IMG/VR virus record: IMGVR_UViG_3300028553_001902
Span: 1 to 61,925 of that record
DNA from: a virus
Taxonomy: Duplodnaviria; Caudoviricetes
DNA: 61,925 nt
Strand: one strand, 5' to 3'
The notes beneath the pieces are model-generated. The model was not told the origin of the DNA, searched no databases, and saw nothing but the letters and a program-made list of their open reading frames with translations. Shown here in pieces: positions 60,942-61,925 of this stretch; the stretch's first letter is position 1, and every line of letters starts with the position of its first letter. Made by a program: the position numbers and the translations under genes.

Positions 60942-61550
60942 CTATTCTGATGGTACTTGTACTAGTGGTTCCGAAGGTTGTAAAGGCTTGCTTTTTCTTG
61001 TTGATTTAGGAGCAGAAACTTTAGCTTCGGTTCGTCTACGCGAAACCTCTGGCTTTTCTTCAGTAGTTTCTTCTATTGAATTCTTTAACTCCTGTATATT
61101 CATTGAAAATAAAGTATTGAAAAAATTTACTCTATCTAAAGAATTGGTGTGCAATATAGCATGGTGTTTAATCATACTAGCCAATCCTAATGGTCCAAAT
61201 TCAAGGGCATCTAAAATTTCTTCCTGAGTCCCATTTAGTACTAAATTTTTTGCATCTTCTTCCGTATATAAATATTCTGGGTCTAATGGAAGTTGCAAAG
61301 CTTCTCGAACTTTATTATCCCTAATCTGCAGCCTTTCTTTTAAAAGAACAGCGCCGCCTGGATGATTTGATAATTGATAAAGCTCATGAAATGTTAATAT
61401 TTTTAATTCATTGGGTCTCCATGTTCTATTGACTTGAGGGTCTGTTAAGCTATATGCAACAATTCCAGAACCAACAGCCCACACTTTGACCTCCATAGTG
61501 CCTGTAATGCCGTCGCCTAAAAAATCATATGGATCTTTTCTAATACTCAT
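60942..61550 (-). CDS. Hypothetical protein downstream of the major capsid gene
   Basis: 202-aa ORF with AAGGAGG SD and its own promoter. Confidence 0.7.
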   Translation of the reverse strand: MSIRKDPYDFLGDGITGTMEVKVWAVGSGIVAYSLTDPQVNRTWRPNELKILTFHELYQLSNHPGGAVLLKERLQIRDNKVREALQLPLDPEYLYTEEDAKNLVLNGTQEEILDALEFGPLGLASMIKHHAILHTNSLDRVNFFNTLFSMNIQELKNSIEETTEEKPEVSRRRTEAKVSAPKSTRKSKPLQPSEPLVQVPSE

Positions 61551-61570
61551 ATAATGCCTCCTTTTATTCT

Positions 61571-61599
61571 ATTATATCATATTTTTTGTTTTTTGTCAA
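61571..61599 (-). promoter_or_regulatory. Sigma-70/A promoter (minus strand)
   Basis: Reverse complement TTGACA-N17-TATAAT with extended TG. Confidence 0.88.
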
Positions 61600-61637
61600 T
61601 AAAAAAATGGGAGGGGAGCGAAAGCTCCTCACTCCCA
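61600..61637 (-). terminator. Terminator after the major capsid gene
   Basis: Minus strand TGGGAGTGAGGAGC-TTTC-GCTCCCCTCCCA followed by a T-run. Confidence 0.85.
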
Positions 61638-61649
61638 GAATTAAAATTA

Positions 61650-61925
61650 TTAAGTAATCATTCTTGTAAATGTAGGTGTTTGTGAACCTGTGCCATATAC
61701 AAAGATAGGACCAGTATTTGTAGGGTAAGTACCCAATGCAGTATCATTATATACAGCGATACCAGGTTGTGCAATCATAGTTACGCCGAACTTTTTGAAT
61801 ACTTGAATTTCTTTTGACCAGTCACGATTTGCAAACTCTTCAACAACAGTGTCGCCTTCAAAAGCAACTTTAACAGGCTTGTCGTCGCCAGCTGGAATAA
61901 TCCATGCATAGCCCGCAGGTACAAC
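61650..61925 (-). CDS. Major capsid protein, C-terminal part (truncated by the window edge)
   Basis: Open frame VVPAGYAWIIPAGDDKPVKVAFEGDT...NRDWSKEIQVFKKFGV...TAA TAA, followed by a strong terminator and the neck genes. Confidence 0.7.
   Translation of the reverse strand, partial: VVPAGYAWIIPAGDDKPVKVAFEGDTVVEEFANRDWSKEIQVFKKFGVTMIAQPGIAVYNDTALGTYPTNTGPIFVYGTGSQTPTFTRMIT

Noticed and set aside
1-61925. tRNA/rRNA genes, integrase, tail sheath
   Set aside because: None recognisable; intergenic gaps are short and accounted for by promoters, terminators and introns

Overview
AT-rich 62-kb segment of a large tailed dsDNA bacteriophage. A Bacillota/Firmicutes host is inferred from perfect sigma-A promoters, strong SD sites, XkdX, the holin types and a DnaE-type polymerase. 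Plus strand (1-34.9 kb): a lysis cassette, a ~10.5-kb nucleotide-sugar and glycosyltransferase cluster (GDP-fucose pathway with a GT10 transferase, RfbH, split TPP enzyme), class II RNR and a replication module (SSB, MTase, AAA NTPase, helicase, primase, RecJ, SpeD, DnaE, Gmk, dUTPase, RuvC). Two replication genes carry group I introns. Minus strand (34.9-61.9 kb): siphovirus-like morphogenesis genes (end of major capsid, neck, tail tube, tape measure, tail fibre, baseplate). Most notable: (1) a candidate phage-encoded virion glycosylation system, with sugar pathways alongside a fibre packed with N-X-S/T repeats; (2) an ORF-less group I intron whose canonical splice sites would frameshift its host gene at the Walker A motif; (3) nested decoration modules, including a 7-repeat Kelch-like propeller, inserted into core structural proteins. 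All calls come from motif recognition by eye; no searches were run.
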